From an uncultured Haloferula sp. (GTDB lineage Bacteria; Verrucomicrobiota; Verrucomicrobiia; Verrucomicrobiales; Akkermansiaceae), in assembly GCA_965652295.1 (NCBI GenBank), contig CBFGTS010000006.1, positions 160,001-224,000 of the forward strand: a stretch of 64,000 nt of DNA. Direction: 5' to 3'. Below are positions 28,968 to 40,198 of the stretch, in pieces. The notes under the pieces were generated by a model that was not told where the DNA came from, searched no databases, and worked only from the letters and a program-made list of their open reading frames with translations. Position 1 is the first letter of the stretch. The number at the start of each line of letters is the position of its first letter. The position numbers were made by a program, and so were the translations under genes.

Positions 28968-29906
28968 TCATTCGGTCACGCGGGTTACCTTGAACCCTTG
29001 CTTCCTGAGGTCGCCGACGATGCTTTTCTCGCCCAGATAGTGGGCGGTGCCGACGGCGAAAAAGTGGCTCTTGCCGGGCTCGGTCTGGAGCCGGCTGACC
29101 ATCGTCGCGGCCATCGCCGCATTGCGGTCGTCGAGGAGGCGCTTCATGAGCTTCTTGCCCAGCTCGGCGTGCTCGCCCTCGATCATTTCCTGATAGTAGC
29201 GGTTCATCCAGTCGAGCACCGCCTCGTCGTCGCCCGCCACGTAGGCGTCGATGAGCTCCTGGGTGAGATCCTCGTCCTTCTCCCGCGCTTCCGCGAGTTG
29301 ACGCAGCGTTTCGGAAAGCATCACCACCTGCTCGTCCTCGCTCAGGTCGTCGAAGATCCGGAACTGGTCTTCGGGCTTCTCGAGGGCCACCGTGGCCTTG
29401 CCAGCTTCTTGCGCCAGTTCCCAGATGATCATGTCGAGCGGCGGTGCGCCCTCAAGCTGGAGCTTCAGGGTCGGCAGCGTGATCGCCACCGCCCAGGTCT
29501 TGAAGGCTTCGAGAACCGCCGAGTTGAGCGCCGGTTGGATCTTCTTCAGCTCGGTGTCGAGTTGCCGGGAAAGTTCGTCACCGATCGATTCGGAGAGGGT
29601 ATTCCCATCGCTGCGGATGAAATGCTGCGCCAACCCCAACTGGGTGGCAGGGTCCATCTCCAGTTCGGTGTAGAGCGCGTCGGAGTTTTCCAGCGCCTGT
29701 TCCGCGGCCGGATGCAGGTTGGCCACCGCGCCCTTGCCGATGTGGATGGTGCCGAAGAGCCACGAGGGCTCTTCGAGCTTTCCTCCCTCCACTTTCCACA
29801 GCATCGGCTTGGCCGGATGCGCGGCGGCCTCCTCCACGCCCCATGCAGGGACGAACAGGCCCACCACGGCAAGCGTGGCCAGACAGCGGCGGAAGAGGCG
29901 CTTCAT
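28968..29906 (-). CDS. TraB/GumN (TIKI-like) family secreted protein
   Basis: Signal peptide; SWLFGTIH, ALE...Q, LLDDRN, FFAVGTAH. Confidence 0.9.
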   Translation of the reverse strand: MKRLFRRCLATLAVVGLFVPAWGVEEAAAHPAKPMLWKVEGGKLEEPSWLFGTIHIGKGAVANLHPAAEQALENSDALYTELEMDPATQLGLAQHFIRSDGNTLSESIGDELSRQLDTELKKIQPALNSAVLEAFKTWAVAITLPTLKLQLEGAPPLDMIIWELAQEAGKATVALEKPEDQFRIFDDLSEDEQVVMLSETLRQLAEAREKDEDLTQELIDAYVAGDDEAVLDWMNRYYQEMIEGEHAELGKKLMKRLLDDRNAAMAATMVSRLQTEPGKSHFFAVGTAHYLGEKSIVGDLRKQGFKVTRVTE

Positions 29907-29919
29907 TTCCCTGGAAAAA

Positions 29920-31338
<1,419 letters not shown>

Positions 31339-31547
31339 GATTTTGCGTCGCCCGGTGTCGCCGGGGGGCACGGAACGTGGGTCAGCCCGCCGCGATTGTC
31401 AAAGCGGGATGTGCGGCGGGAAATTCCGGGTTGCCACCGGGATGGACTGCCGCGGATCTGCAGCAGGATGGAGGGGACTCCCGTCAACGAAAAACCCGGA
31501 CGCACTTGGCGCTTTCGGGCCGTCGCTTCCTCCCTCAGGTTCGGCCC

Positions 31548-32591
31548 ATGAGCTCGCGCGTCACCGACCTCCACGTCGCCCGCAACATTCCGCTGCCCGC
31601 CCCCGCCCTGCTGCTTTCGGAAATCCCGCGCAGTGAGAAGCAGGCGGACTTCGTCGCCACTGCCCGGGAGACCATCCACTCCATCCTGTTCGGCTCCGAC
31701 CCGCGCCTGCTGGTCATCGTCGGCCCGTGCTCGATCCACGACACCGATGCCGGCTACGAATACGCCCAGCGTCTCGCCGCCCTCGCCGAGCGCCTGAAAG
31801 ACAAGCTCTACCTCGTGATGCGGGTCTATTTCGAGAAACCGCGCACCACCGTCGGCTGGAAGGGCCTGATCATGGACCCTGAGCTCGACGGCTCCGACAA
31901 CATCCCCGAGGGCCTGCGCCGCGCCCGGACCTTCCTGCGTCAGGTCATCGACCTCGGACTGCCGACCGCCACCGAGTTGCTCGATCCCATCACGCCGCAA
32001 TTCATCGCCGACCTGATCTGCTGGTCGGCCATCGGTGCCCGCACCACCGAGAGCCAGACGCATCGCCAGATGGCCTCCGGGCTTTCCATGCCGGTCGGTT
32101 TCAAAAACGGCACCTCCGGCGACCTCGTGGCCGCCATCAATGCCGTGAAAGCCGCCGGACGGCCGCAGACGTTTCTCGGCGTCTCCGAACAGGGCGTCGC
32201 CTCCGCCGTGACCACCACCGGCAATCCCGGCTGCCACGTCATCCTCCGCGGCGGCGAGAACGGTCCGAATTTCGACGCCGATTCCGTGGGTCGGGCTCGC
32301 GCCGCGCTCGAAGCCGCCAAGCTGCCGCCAGCCATCATGATCGATGCCTCCCACGCCAACTGCGACAAGGACGACGCCAAGATGCCCGCCGTTTTCGAAG
32401 ACATCGTCCGCCAGCGCGCCGCGGGCGACACCTCGATCATCGGCACCATGCTTGAAAGCAACCTCGTCTGCGGCAACCAGAGTTTCCCCCAGCCCCTCGA
32501 CCAGCTCGTCCGCGGCCAATCGATCACCGACAAGTGCATCGACTGGGAAACCACCGAGCGCCTCCTCACCGAGGCCGCGGAGAAGCTCTGA
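31548..32591 (+). CDS. DAHP synthase, class I-alpha (AroF/G/H family)
   Basis: GPCSIHD, RVYFEKPRTTVGWKGL, AIGARTTESQTHR, DASHAN, SITDKC. Confidence 0.96.
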   Translation: MSSRVTDLHVARNIPLPAPALLLSEIPRSEKQADFVATARETIHSILFGSDPRLLVIVGPCSIHDTDAGYEYAQRLAALAERLKDKLYLVMRVYFEKPRTTVGWKGLIMDPELDGSDNIPEGLRRARTFLRQVIDLGLPTATELLDPITPQFIADLICWSAIGARTTESQTHRQMASGLSMPVGFKNGTSGDLVAAINAVKAAGRPQTFLGVSEQGVASAVTTTGNPGCHVILRGGENGPNFDADSVGRARAALEAAKLPPAIMIDASHANCDKDDAKMPAVFEDIVRQRAAGDTSIIGTMLESNLVCGNQSFPQPLDQLVRGQSITDKCIDWETTERLLTEAAEKL

Positions 32592-32609
32592 GCCCGCCAC
32601 CATCCGCAC

Positions 32610-32689
32610 GTAGTTCCCCCTTCAGGGGGTGGCGGACGGCCGGATCGCCGGTTCGCTCGGGCACTGCTACCCCCTGAAGGGGGAACTAC
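32610..32689. repeat. Inverted pair of GTAG-type REP palindromes (REPIN-like)
   Basis: gtagttcccccttcagggggtggc (32610-33) and its reverse complement (32666-89), 23/24 match; each copy has a CCCCC-ttca-GGGGG hairpin. Confidence 0.75.
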
Positions 32690-32710
32690 TTACTGAAAGC
32701 ACCCTGCATC

Positions 32711-33796
32711 TCAGGCGACTTCGTTTTTCCTCCCCGAAAGCGCCACAAGCACAAGCGAGAGCGCCAAGCCCGCAGCCACTCCCAAAAACGTCCCAAACAC
32801 CAGATTCAGTGCCACCTTGGGACTCACCGGAACCTCCGCCTCCACCGGTTCCTCGTGCACGATCACCGGATCCTCGGAAATCCGACGCTGCATCTCCTCA
32901 CCGATCAACTTGACCTTGAGCTGCTCCAGCAGGTCCTGAGCCGTTTGGGAGTCGGCCCTAAGATCTTCGAATGCTTGGGAAGCTTTCTGCCCCGATGGCG
33001 GAACCGCCCGCGCCTGCTGCTCCACTTCCGCCATCTGCTTGCCGATCAATTCAAGTTGCACCGCCAACGTCGATTTCAACGACTCAACGGCCGCGGCCAG
33101 CTCATCCTCGGTGAACCCCGGATCAAGCATCCGGACCGGGTTGGGAGAAACATCCAGACGCGACCCATAGTCGAAAAGCGAAGTTCCCTCATGTCGACTC
33201 AACTTCTCCATCTGTGCTTGCCGCTCGATCTTCTGGCGCTCCAGCCACACATGAACGCGCGGCTCCTTCGGAGCAAACGTCAGACCCTCCGATCGGATCA
33301 ATGAGGCCAACTCCCGCCGCTTCTCCTCCACCACTTTCTCCTGAGCCATCACCGCCTCTCGCAAGGCAGCCACCACCCCATCGATCCCCTCATTCTCCCA
33401 TTCCGCACGCCGCATCCGGTAGGCCCTGCTCACCGCCGCAGCGACATCCTTCGCGTCCCTCGGGTTCGTTGCCCGCACATCGATCTTGATCAGGTCGGTG
33501 CCATGGATGTTCTCGACCTCGACGATTTCCCGCAGCCGACCCAGCACCTGCTGCGTGTCCATGCTCCAACGCTTCTCCAGCTCAAGCTCGCTCGCGGCGA
33601 TCTCCAAAGTCTTCGCCGAGCGGATCATCTCAAACTCGGATGTCAGGCCCCCACCCATCGTCGACGGCCTCACCTGCAGAACCGCGCCCGATTCATACTG
33701 CTTCGGCATCACGTAGGTCACCACCGCGGCCACCATGAGCCCCACGCCGCCGCCCACCACCATCAAAAAGGGAACCAGCCACCAAGATCGTTTCAT
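32711..33796 (-). CDS. Polysaccharide co-polymerase / chain-length determinant-like protein (Wzz/GumC type, no kinase domain)
   Basis: N-terminal TM plus MPKQYES, coiled-coil middle, C-terminal PVSPKVALNL plus TM. Confidence 0.75.
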   Translation of the reverse strand: MKRSWWLVPFLMVVGGGVGLMVAAVVTYVMPKQYESGAVLQVRPSTMGGGLTSEFEMIRSAKTLEIAASELELEKRWSMDTQQVLGRLREIVEVENIHGTDLIKIDVRATNPRDAKDVAAAVSRAYRMRRAEWENEGIDGVVAALREAVMAQEKVVEEKRRELASLIRSEGLTFAPKEPRVHVWLERQKIERQAQMEKLSRHEGTSLFDYGSRLDVSPNPVRMLDPGFTEDELAAAVESLKSTLAVQLELIGKQMAEVEQQARAVPPSGQKASQAFEDLRADSQTAQDLLEQLKVKLIGEEMQRRISEDPVIVHEEPVEAEVPVSPKVALNLVFGTFLGVAAGLALSLVLVALSGRKNEVA

Positions 33797-33930
33797 CACG
33801 GTTTCTCATGACAGCCATGATTTTGCAGCGCAATGTCGAATCCCACAGCGCCTCGCCGCTCCCCCCATATGGCAGGAAACGCGCAAAACCGCGCTTGCGC
33901 CCCTTGGGGCTGTTCGTAGCTTGGGCCGCC

Positions 33931-35145
33931 ATGACGCCAGCCAGCCCCGCCCTGCCTGACTACCTGTCGGAGGAAATCCTGCTCCACCCGGAGAACCGCA
34001 AGTTCCCTCCCTTTGATCTCGTCAAGCTCCTCGGCTCCGTGTTCGAGCCCACCGCAGGCTGCCGCGTCTGCATCCTCACCGATTTCGACGAGCCCGCCGA
34101 ACTCATCAAGGACTTCGCCTTCCTCCAGCACGACGGCTTCCCGGTGCAAAAGAAGGCGCACGAAGCGTTCTATCAAGCCCTCCATGGCGGCGCGATGGAA
34201 GCCCTCGGCATGACCGGCGGCGACATGTTCGCCTACCGCACCACCCACGGCTCCAACCTCGATCTCCAGGACGAGGTCTGGGACACCCAAGGCCACCTGC
34301 TTTCGCTCGATGCCGACATTTATCCGAACTACGACATCATCCTCTGCATCTCCACCTGGTCGGCCACCGCGCCGCTGACCGCGAAATGCAAGGAATTCGG
34401 CTTCCGCGGCGCGACCCTTCACGGTCTCAACGACATCATCCTCTCCTCCGGCCTCGCGGTGAACTACGACGACGTCTCCGCCGACGCCGAGCGCATCCGG
34501 CTCGCAATGACCAGGGCCGACTCCGTCGAGATCGACTTTGAACTCGAGGACGGCCGCATCCTCACCGCCTGGCTCGGTCTCAACCGCCAGGAGGCGCAGA
34601 AGTCCCACGGCCTCTGCAAGGGTAGGACGCCCGATGTCGCCAACCTGCCCGCCGGCGAAGTCTATTTCGTCCCCAACGACGCCAACGGTCATTTCCCGAT
34701 GAAATACGAGGACGGCACCCTCGGGGTGCTGACCGTGAAGGACCGCAACATCATCCTCTCCGAGTTGATCGAGGGCAACCAGGCCACCATCGACGCCCAC
34801 AATGCTCGCCTCGCCGACGACCCGATGACCGGCACCCTCGGCGAACTCGGCTTCGGCACCCAGGTGCTGCCCGTTTCCGGTGCCGACATCCAGGACGAGA
34901 AAGTCCTCGGCACCTGCCACCTCGCCACCGGCCGCGACGACCACCTCGGCGGCGACATCGTCCCGGAGATGTTCAAGAAGCACGAGAATTCGACCCACGA
35001 CGACATCCTCTTCGCCCCGCACAAGACGCCGAACTTCAACGTCAAGGAAGTCCGCATGAACCGCGGCGGCCAGCAGGAAGTCATCATCGAGAACTTCCGC
35101 CCGTCCCGCTACATCATGGACGCCCTCGCCGCGGGCAGGGATTGA
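33931..35145 (+). CDS. Peptidase M29-like (thermophilic metalloaminopeptidase) protein
   Basis: NLPAGEVY, GELGFG, DEKVLGTCHLATG, HDD. Confidence 0.75.
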   Translation: MTPASPALPDYLSEEILLHPENRKFPPFDLVKLLGSVFEPTAGCRVCILTDFDEPAELIKDFAFLQHDGFPVQKKAHEAFYQALHGGAMEALGMTGGDMFAYRTTHGSNLDLQDEVWDTQGHLLSLDADIYPNYDIILCISTWSATAPLTAKCKEFGFRGATLHGLNDIILSSGLAVNYDDVSADAERIRLAMTRADSVEIDFELEDGRILTAWLGLNRQEAQKSHGLCKGRTPDVANLPAGEVYFVPNDANGHFPMKYEDGTLGVLTVKDRNIILSELIEGNQATIDAHNARLADDPMTGTLGELGFGTQVLPVSGADIQDEKVLGTCHLATGRDDHLGGDIVPEMFKKHENSTHDDILFAPHKTPNFNVKEVRMNRGGQQEVIIENFRPSRYIMDALAAGRD

Positions 35146-35148
35146 GCC

Positions 35149-35871
35149 ATGCCGAATCCCTACGAGTCGGAGAAGCTCGTCTCCGAGTATCTCCTCTTCC
35201 ACTACGGCAGCCCGGAGGAAATCCTGCCTCCCGCCGCCCCCGCCGGCATGCGGGAGGCGCTCGATTTCCCCCTCCGCACCTGCGCCCGCTTCCGCGGAAA
35301 CGGCGGCCGCGGCCTCGACCTCGGATGTGCCGTCGGCCGCTCGACCTACGAGATGTCCCGTAGCTTCGATTCGGTGCTGGGGATCGATTCCTCCCACGCC
35401 TTCATCGACACCGCCCGCGCCCTCCGGCACGGCTCCGTTTCCTACCGTCGGCTCGACGAAGGAAATCTTTCCACCTCTCTCGAAGCCCGACTCCCCGCCG
35501 GGGTCCGGCCGGAAAGGGTGAGCTTCGAACAGGGGGACGCCATGAACCTGCGCGACGACCTCGGAGCCTTCGATCACGTTCACGCCGCCAACCTCCTGTG
35601 CCGCCTTCCCGATCCGGAGCGGCTGCTGCGCCGCCTTCCCGATCTCGTTTCCCCCGGCGGCGAACTCATCCTCGCCACCCCCTGCACCTGGCTCGGCGAG
35701 TTCACTCCGATGGAAAACTGGCCCGCCGGCCCCACACTCGACTGGCTGCTGGATCAGCTCGGCGAGGCTTTCGAGCTCCTCGAAACCGCCGAAGAGCCCC
35801 TCCTTATCCGGGAGACGGCGCGCAAGTTCCAGTGGACCTCCTCCCAGGTCACCCTCTGGCAGCGGCACTGA
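35149..35871 (+). CDS. Stand-alone OvoA C-terminal-type SAM methyltransferase (putative mercaptohistidine N-methyltransferase)
   Basis: NPYES..LVSEYLLFHYG, LDLGCAVGRS, GIDSS, FEQGDA.NL, ANLLCRL, IRETARKFQ. Confidence 0.8.
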   Translation: MPNPYESEKLVSEYLLFHYGSPEEILPPAAPAGMREALDFPLRTCARFRGNGGRGLDLGCAVGRSTYEMSRSFDSVLGIDSSHAFIDTARALRHGSVSYRRLDEGNLSTSLEARLPAGVRPERVSFEQGDAMNLRDDLGAFDHVHAANLLCRLPDPERLLRRLPDLVSPGGELILATPCTWLGEFTPMENWPAGPTLDWLLDQLGEAFELLETAEEPLLIRETARKFQWTSSQVTLWQRH

Positions 35872-35997
35872 CCGTTCAGCAAGACCCGCGCAGTTCGGAC
35901 GCACGCCCGCCAGAATCCGCGCACACTTGCACAGCCCACGCGGAGCGTGATGAGGCTCCGGGCATGAGCATTCGCTTCAATCTCGGAAGCCACAGCC

Positions 35998-36495
35998 ATG
36001 CCCATCACGACCCTCACCGATTTCCATCACTGGCTCCTCGCCGAGGAGACCGATGGAGCCCCCTTCATCCTTCTTGAAACCGGCGACCTCCCCCGGACTT
36101 CCTGTGCCGCCGCCGTGGCCAGGCATCTCAACGAGTTCGACGAAACCTCCGGTGGCAACTGGGTCGCCCTCGACTCCGAAGTGATCCAGGCGATCGCCAA
36201 CGATCCCGCCCAGCGCAAGCTCATCGGCTTGAACGGAGATACCGCGTCTCCGCCGTGCCTCGCGGAGGTCTTCGCCGCCCTCGCCCGCCGTGGCCACATC
36301 GTCATCAACCACCCCGGTGCCAAAAAAACCCTCGCCGGTCATCGCCTCGGTTTCCTCGCAGCCCTGGGGGTGCCACCCAACGGTGGTGAAGGCTTCCATA
36401 TCATCCTCGATCCCAACGCCTTCCCCGCCCGCTGCCTCGCGCCACTCATCGCGGACATCTTCCTCGAGTGGTTCAACCACCTCACGTCCGCCTGA
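35998..36495 (+). CDS. Hypothetical protein, distantly cytidylate-kinase-like
   Basis: VARHLNE...WVALDSEVI...LARRGHIVI pattern; no intact P-loop. Confidence 0.55.
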   Translation: MPITTLTDFHHWLLAEETDGAPFILLETGDLPRTSCAAAVARHLNEFDETSGGNWVALDSEVIQAIANDPAQRKLIGLNGDTASPPCLAEVFAALARRGHIVINHPGAKKTLAGHRLGFLAALGVPPNGGEGFHIILDPNAFPARCLAPLIADIFLEWFNHLTSA

Positions 36496-36574
36496 TCCAC
36501 GGCAGGATCCGCGCATCCTCGCGCAATCCACGCGGCGACCCGGCTCCCGCCCCGCGCTCTCATCCCCTCCATCC

Positions 36575-36715
36575 ATGAACGTCATCGCCCTGACCATTTT
36601 CGTCAGCACCTGCCTCGCCGGCATCTTCATCGTCTGCTTCCTCGGCGAGTTCCGGCGTTCCAAGAACTCCTCTCCCGAACGCGACAGCCTCCTTCCTTTC
36701 GAAGACGAAAACTAA
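36575..36715 (+). CDS. CcoS-like small membrane protein
   Basis: 46 aa, single N-terminal TM (MNVIALTIFVS...), directly upstream of ccoN. Confidence 0.7.
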   Translation: MNVIALTIFVSTCLAGIFIVCFLGEFRRSKNSSPERDSLLPFEDEN

Positions 36716-36728
36716 CCCGCTCCCATCC

Positions 36729-39260
36729 ATGAGCAACCCCGCCAGCAGCACCACCACCATCACCTACGACGACAAGTCGGTCCGGCAGTTCATGTTCTTC
36801 TCCATCCTCTGGGGATTGGTCGGCATGCTCGTCGGCGTCATCTGCGCCACCCAGCTTTCGTGGTGGCAAATGAACGGCAAGTTCCTCGAAACCCTCACCT
36901 TCGGGGCCGTCCAAGCCGACGGCATCTCCTACCTCACCTTCGGCCGCCTCCGTCCGCTTCATACGAACGCGGTCATCTTCGCCTTCGTCGGCAACATGAT
37001 GTTCGCCGGCATCTACTACTCCACCCAACGCCTCTGCAAAGTCCGGATGGCTTCGGACTTGCTCACGAAAATCCACGTCTGGGGCTGGCAGGCGATCATT
37101 GTCGCCGCCGCCGTCACCCTGCCGATGGGCCTCACCCGCAGCAAGGAATACGCCGAACTCATCTGGCCCATCAACATCGCCGTCGCGCTGATCTGGGTGG
37201 TGTTCGCGGTCAATTTCTTCTGGACGCTGGCGAAACGCAACGAGCCCAGCCTCTACGTCGCGCTTTGGTTCTACATCGCGACCATCGTGACGGTGGCGAT
37301 GCTGTATATCGTCAACCACCTTTCCATCCCCACCTCCCTGACCCACTCCTACCCGATCTTCGGCGGGCTTCAGGATGCGCTGGTCCAGTGGTGGTATGGC
37401 CACAACGCCGTCGCCTTCTTCCTCACGACCCCGATCCTCGGGATCATGTATTACTTTTTGCCGAAGGCCGCCAACCGTCCGGTTTACTCCTACCGTCTCT
37501 CCATCATCCACTTCTGGTCGCTGGTCTTCATCTACATCTGGGCCGGACCCCACCACCTGCTGAACACCTCGCTGCCGCGCTGGCTGCAGATGCTCGGCAT
37601 GCTCTTCTCCCTCATGCTCTGGGCTCCCTCCTGGGGCGGCATGCTCAACGGCCTCCTCACCCTCCGCGGTGCCTGGCACAAGCTCCGCACCGATCCCGTC
37701 ATCAAGTTCTTCGCCGCCGGCGTCACCTTCTACGGCATGGCCACCTTCGAGGGGCCCCTGCTCTCGATCCGCGCCGTCAACCAGCTCTCCCACTATACCG
37801 ACTGGACCATCGGCCACGTCCACGCCGGTGCCCTCGGCTGGAACGGACTCATGGCCGCCGGCATGTTCTACTGGCTCGCTCCGCGCCTTTGGAAAACCAA
37901 GCTTTGGTCCGTCGCCCTGGCCAACCTCCACTTCTGGGTCGGTCTCGTCGGCATCCTCCTCTACGTCGCCGCCATGTGGACCGCCGGCGTCATGCAGGGC
38001 CTGATGCTCGGTGAGGTCGCCGAAGGCGGCACCACGCTGAAATACGAGTTCGTGGAAACCCTCAAGGCGATCCAGATCGAGTACATCCTCCGTTCCTTCG
38101 GCGGCACCCTCTTCCTGATCGGATTCGGATTCTGCGCGGTGAACATCTGGATGACCGCCCGCTCCGGCCAGCCCCACAACGACACCGTCGAGGTCGCACT
38201 TCCCGAGGAGAAGATGGACGACATGCCGCTGCCGAAGACGATCTTCAACGACCCGCTTTCCTACGTCATCCTCGGTCTCGTCTTCCTCTGCCTGTGGTTC
38301 TTCCTGCCGCCCCACGGCGACAAGGTCGCGCTGATCCTCACCATCCTGCTCTCGATCAAGGCCATCGCCGCTTTCCAGAAGAACAAGGGCGCATGGATCA
38401 GCTGGCACGAGCGCCTGCTTCACAACTACCTGCCCTTCACCCTGCTGGTCTTCTTCGCCGTGGTCGTCGGCGGTGCGGTGCAGATCATCCCGTCGCTCAT
38501 CGTCAACCGCGAGAAGAACATCGAGGGCCGCCTGCAGGAACTCTACACGCCGCTCGAACTCGCCGGCCGCGACATCTATGTCTCGGAAGGATGCTACAAC
38601 TGCCACTCGCAGATGATCCGCATGCTCCTGCCCGACGTCATGCGTTACTCCCGCGCCGGGAAGACCGACGACTTCTCCCACCTCGGCGAGTCCCTTTTCG
38701 ACCACCCCTTCCAGTGGGGATCCAAGCGCACCGGACCGGACCTCGCCCGCGAGGGTGGGGAGATCGTGATGGGTGCCAAATACATGCGCTCCGGCAAGCG
38801 CGACAACGTCTGGCACTACAACCACTTCCTCAATCCGCGCCAGACCTCGGAAGGCTCCAACATGCCCGCCTATCCCTGGCTGTTCGAGGCCAAGACCGAT
38901 TACAAGGCCCTGCCCGGCAAGATCGCCGTCCAGCGCAAGGTCGGCGTGCCCTACCCGGCGATGAACCAGCACGAGATCAACGACACCGCCCGTGTCCAAG
39001 CGGCCGAGATCGCCAAGTCGCTGGCCGACGCCAAGGTCGTGCCGCCCGCCGGTGCCGAGGGTCTGTCCGGTGATCAGCTCGCCCACTACCTCGAAGATCG
39101 CCAGATCGTCGCCCTCATCGCCTACATCCAGAAACTCGGCACCTACCGGATGGTCGAGAAGGAAGGCGAGGACGGCCCCACTCCGCTCGATCCCGACTCC
39201 TACCGCAACACCCGCGCCAAAACTCCCGCAGCCGCCAACCCGGAGTCCGCCGCCAACTAA
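36729..39260 (+). CDS. ccoN: cbb3-type cytochrome c oxidase fused subunits I+II (CcoN-CcoO)
   Basis: GRLRPLHTN, WWYGHNAV, WAGPHH, HVHAG; CcoO part EGCYNCHSQ, WGSKRTGPDL, SNMPAYPWL. Confidence 0.96.
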   Translation: MSNPASSTTTITYDDKSVRQFMFFSILWGLVGMLVGVICATQLSWWQMNGKFLETLTFGAVQADGISYLTFGRLRPLHTNAVIFAFVGNMMFAGIYYSTQRLCKVRMASDLLTKIHVWGWQAIIVAAAVTLPMGLTRSKEYAELIWPINIAVALIWVVFAVNFFWTLAKRNEPSLYVALWFYIATIVTVAMLYIVNHLSIPTSLTHSYPIFGGLQDALVQWWYGHNAVAFFLTTPILGIMYYFLPKAANRPVYSYRLSIIHFWSLVFIYIWAGPHHLLNTSLPRWLQMLGMLFSLMLWAPSWGGMLNGLLTLRGAWHKLRTDPVIKFFAAGVTFYGMATFEGPLLSIRAVNQLSHYTDWTIGHVHAGALGWNGLMAAGMFYWLAPRLWKTKLWSVALANLHFWVGLVGILLYVAAMWTAGVMQGLMLGEVAEGGTTLKYEFVETLKAIQIEYILRSFGGTLFLIGFGFCAVNIWMTARSGQPHNDTVEVALPEEKMDDMPLPKTIFNDPLSYVILGLVFLCLWFFLPPHGDKVALILTILLSIKAIAAFQKNKGAWISWHERLLHNYLPFTLLVFFAVVVGGAVQIIPSLIVNREKNIEGRLQELYTPLELAGRDIYVSEGCYNCHSQMIRMLLPDVMRYSRAGKTDDFSHLGESLFDHPFQWGSKRTGPDLAREGGEIVMGAKYMRSGKRDNVWHYNHFLNPRQTSEGSNMPAYPWLFEAKTDYKALPGKIAVQRKVGVPYPAMNQHEINDTARVQAAEIAKSLADAKVVPPAGAEGLSGDQLAHYLEDRQIVALIAYIQKLGTYRMVEKEGEDGPTPLDPDSYRNTRAKTPAAANPESAAN

Positions 39261-39285
39261 GCCCAACCCCGGAAACACCACTCCC

Positions 39286-39459
39286 ATGTTCAAGCGCGTC
39301 ATCTATGAGGACTGGGCCAACATCGTGCCCATCATCGCCTTCGGCATCATGTTCACCGTGTTTGTCGTCGCCACCATCCGCGCCCTGCGCATCCGCCCCA
39401 CCGAGCGCGAACGGCTGGCCACCCTGCCCTTGGACGAGTCCTCCAGCACCGATCTCTAA
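39286..39459 (+). CDS. CcoQ-like small subunit
   Basis: 57 aa, single TM, ends LATLPLDE; between ccoO and ccoP. Confidence 0.75.
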   Translation: MFKRVIYEDWANIVPIIAFGIMFTVFVVATIRALRIRPTERERLATLPLDESSSTDL

Positions 39460-39474
39460 CTCCACCGCACGACC

Positions 39475-40113
39475 ATGTCCGATTCATCCCGATCCGAACA
39501 ACCGAAGCGGGGGGATTTCGCCACCAAGAAAGGCGAGGTCATCCTCCGCGAACACGAATACGACGGCATTCAGGAGTTCGACCAGAAGCTCCCGAACTGG
39601 TGGCTGTTCACCTTTTACTTCGCCATCGCCTGGTTCGTGATCTACTGGGTGCTCTACTACCACTTCGGCACCTACAGGACGGATCAGGAAAAGATCATCT
39701 CCTCCCTCGAACAGATCGAAGCCGACAAATCCGCAACCCTCGCCACCGCCATGGCCAGCCTCGACAACGAGACGCTGATCCACGGGTGGGCGACCGACCC
39801 CGAAAAGGTGTCCGCAGGCGAGGCGATCTACACCCTCAACTGCGTCGCCTGCCACGCCGCCGATCTCAGTGGCGTGATGGCCGTCGGCGATCAGAAGATC
39901 CCGCTTCCCGGCCTGCCGCTCAACGACGGAGAATGGAAATACGGAGCCCAACCGCTTGATCTCTTCAAGTTGATCAACGAAGGCACCCCGGCCGACTCCC
40001 CCGGCCACAACGGAGCACGCATGCAGGCGTGGGGTCAGATGCTGACGCCCGAGCAGATCGCCCAGGTCACCGCCTATCTCATCTCGAAGAATCCCACTGA
40101 CTTCGGTCTCTGA
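39475..40113 (+). CDS. ccoP: cbb3-type oxidase subunit III, monoheme
   Basis: HEYDGIQEFDQKLPNWW, single CVACH, MQAWG. Confidence 0.9.
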   Translation: MSDSSRSEQPKRGDFATKKGEVILREHEYDGIQEFDQKLPNWWLFTFYFAIAWFVIYWVLYYHFGTYRTDQEKIISSLEQIEADKSATLATAMASLDNETLIHGWATDPEKVSAGEAIYTLNCVACHAADLSGVMAVGDQKIPLPGLPLNDGEWKYGAQPLDLFKLINEGTPADSPGHNGARMQAWGQMLTPEQIAQVTAYLISKNPTDFGL

Positions 40114-40143
40114 TTCTCCCATTGGCTCATCCACGCACACGGC

Positions 40144-40174
40144 AAAGGCGGTCTCCTCACGGAGGCCGCCTTTT
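40144..40174. terminator. Bidirectional intrinsic terminator
   Basis: aaaggcggtctcc-tcac-ggaggccgcctttt between convergent ccoP and phoH. Confidence 0.8.
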
Positions 40175-40198
40175 CCATATCGGATCAACAGGACCTTC

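Noticed and set aside
32610..32689. Mini CRISPR array (two repeats with a 32-nt spacer)
   Set aside because: The repeats are inverted rather than direct, only two copies, and no cas genes.
36627..39302. 891-aa minus-strand ORF (and similar long ORFs at 33796-35904, 29719-31551, 46218-47855, 14071-15663)
   Set aside because: Antisense to well-supported genes; expected in high-GC DNA with biased codons.
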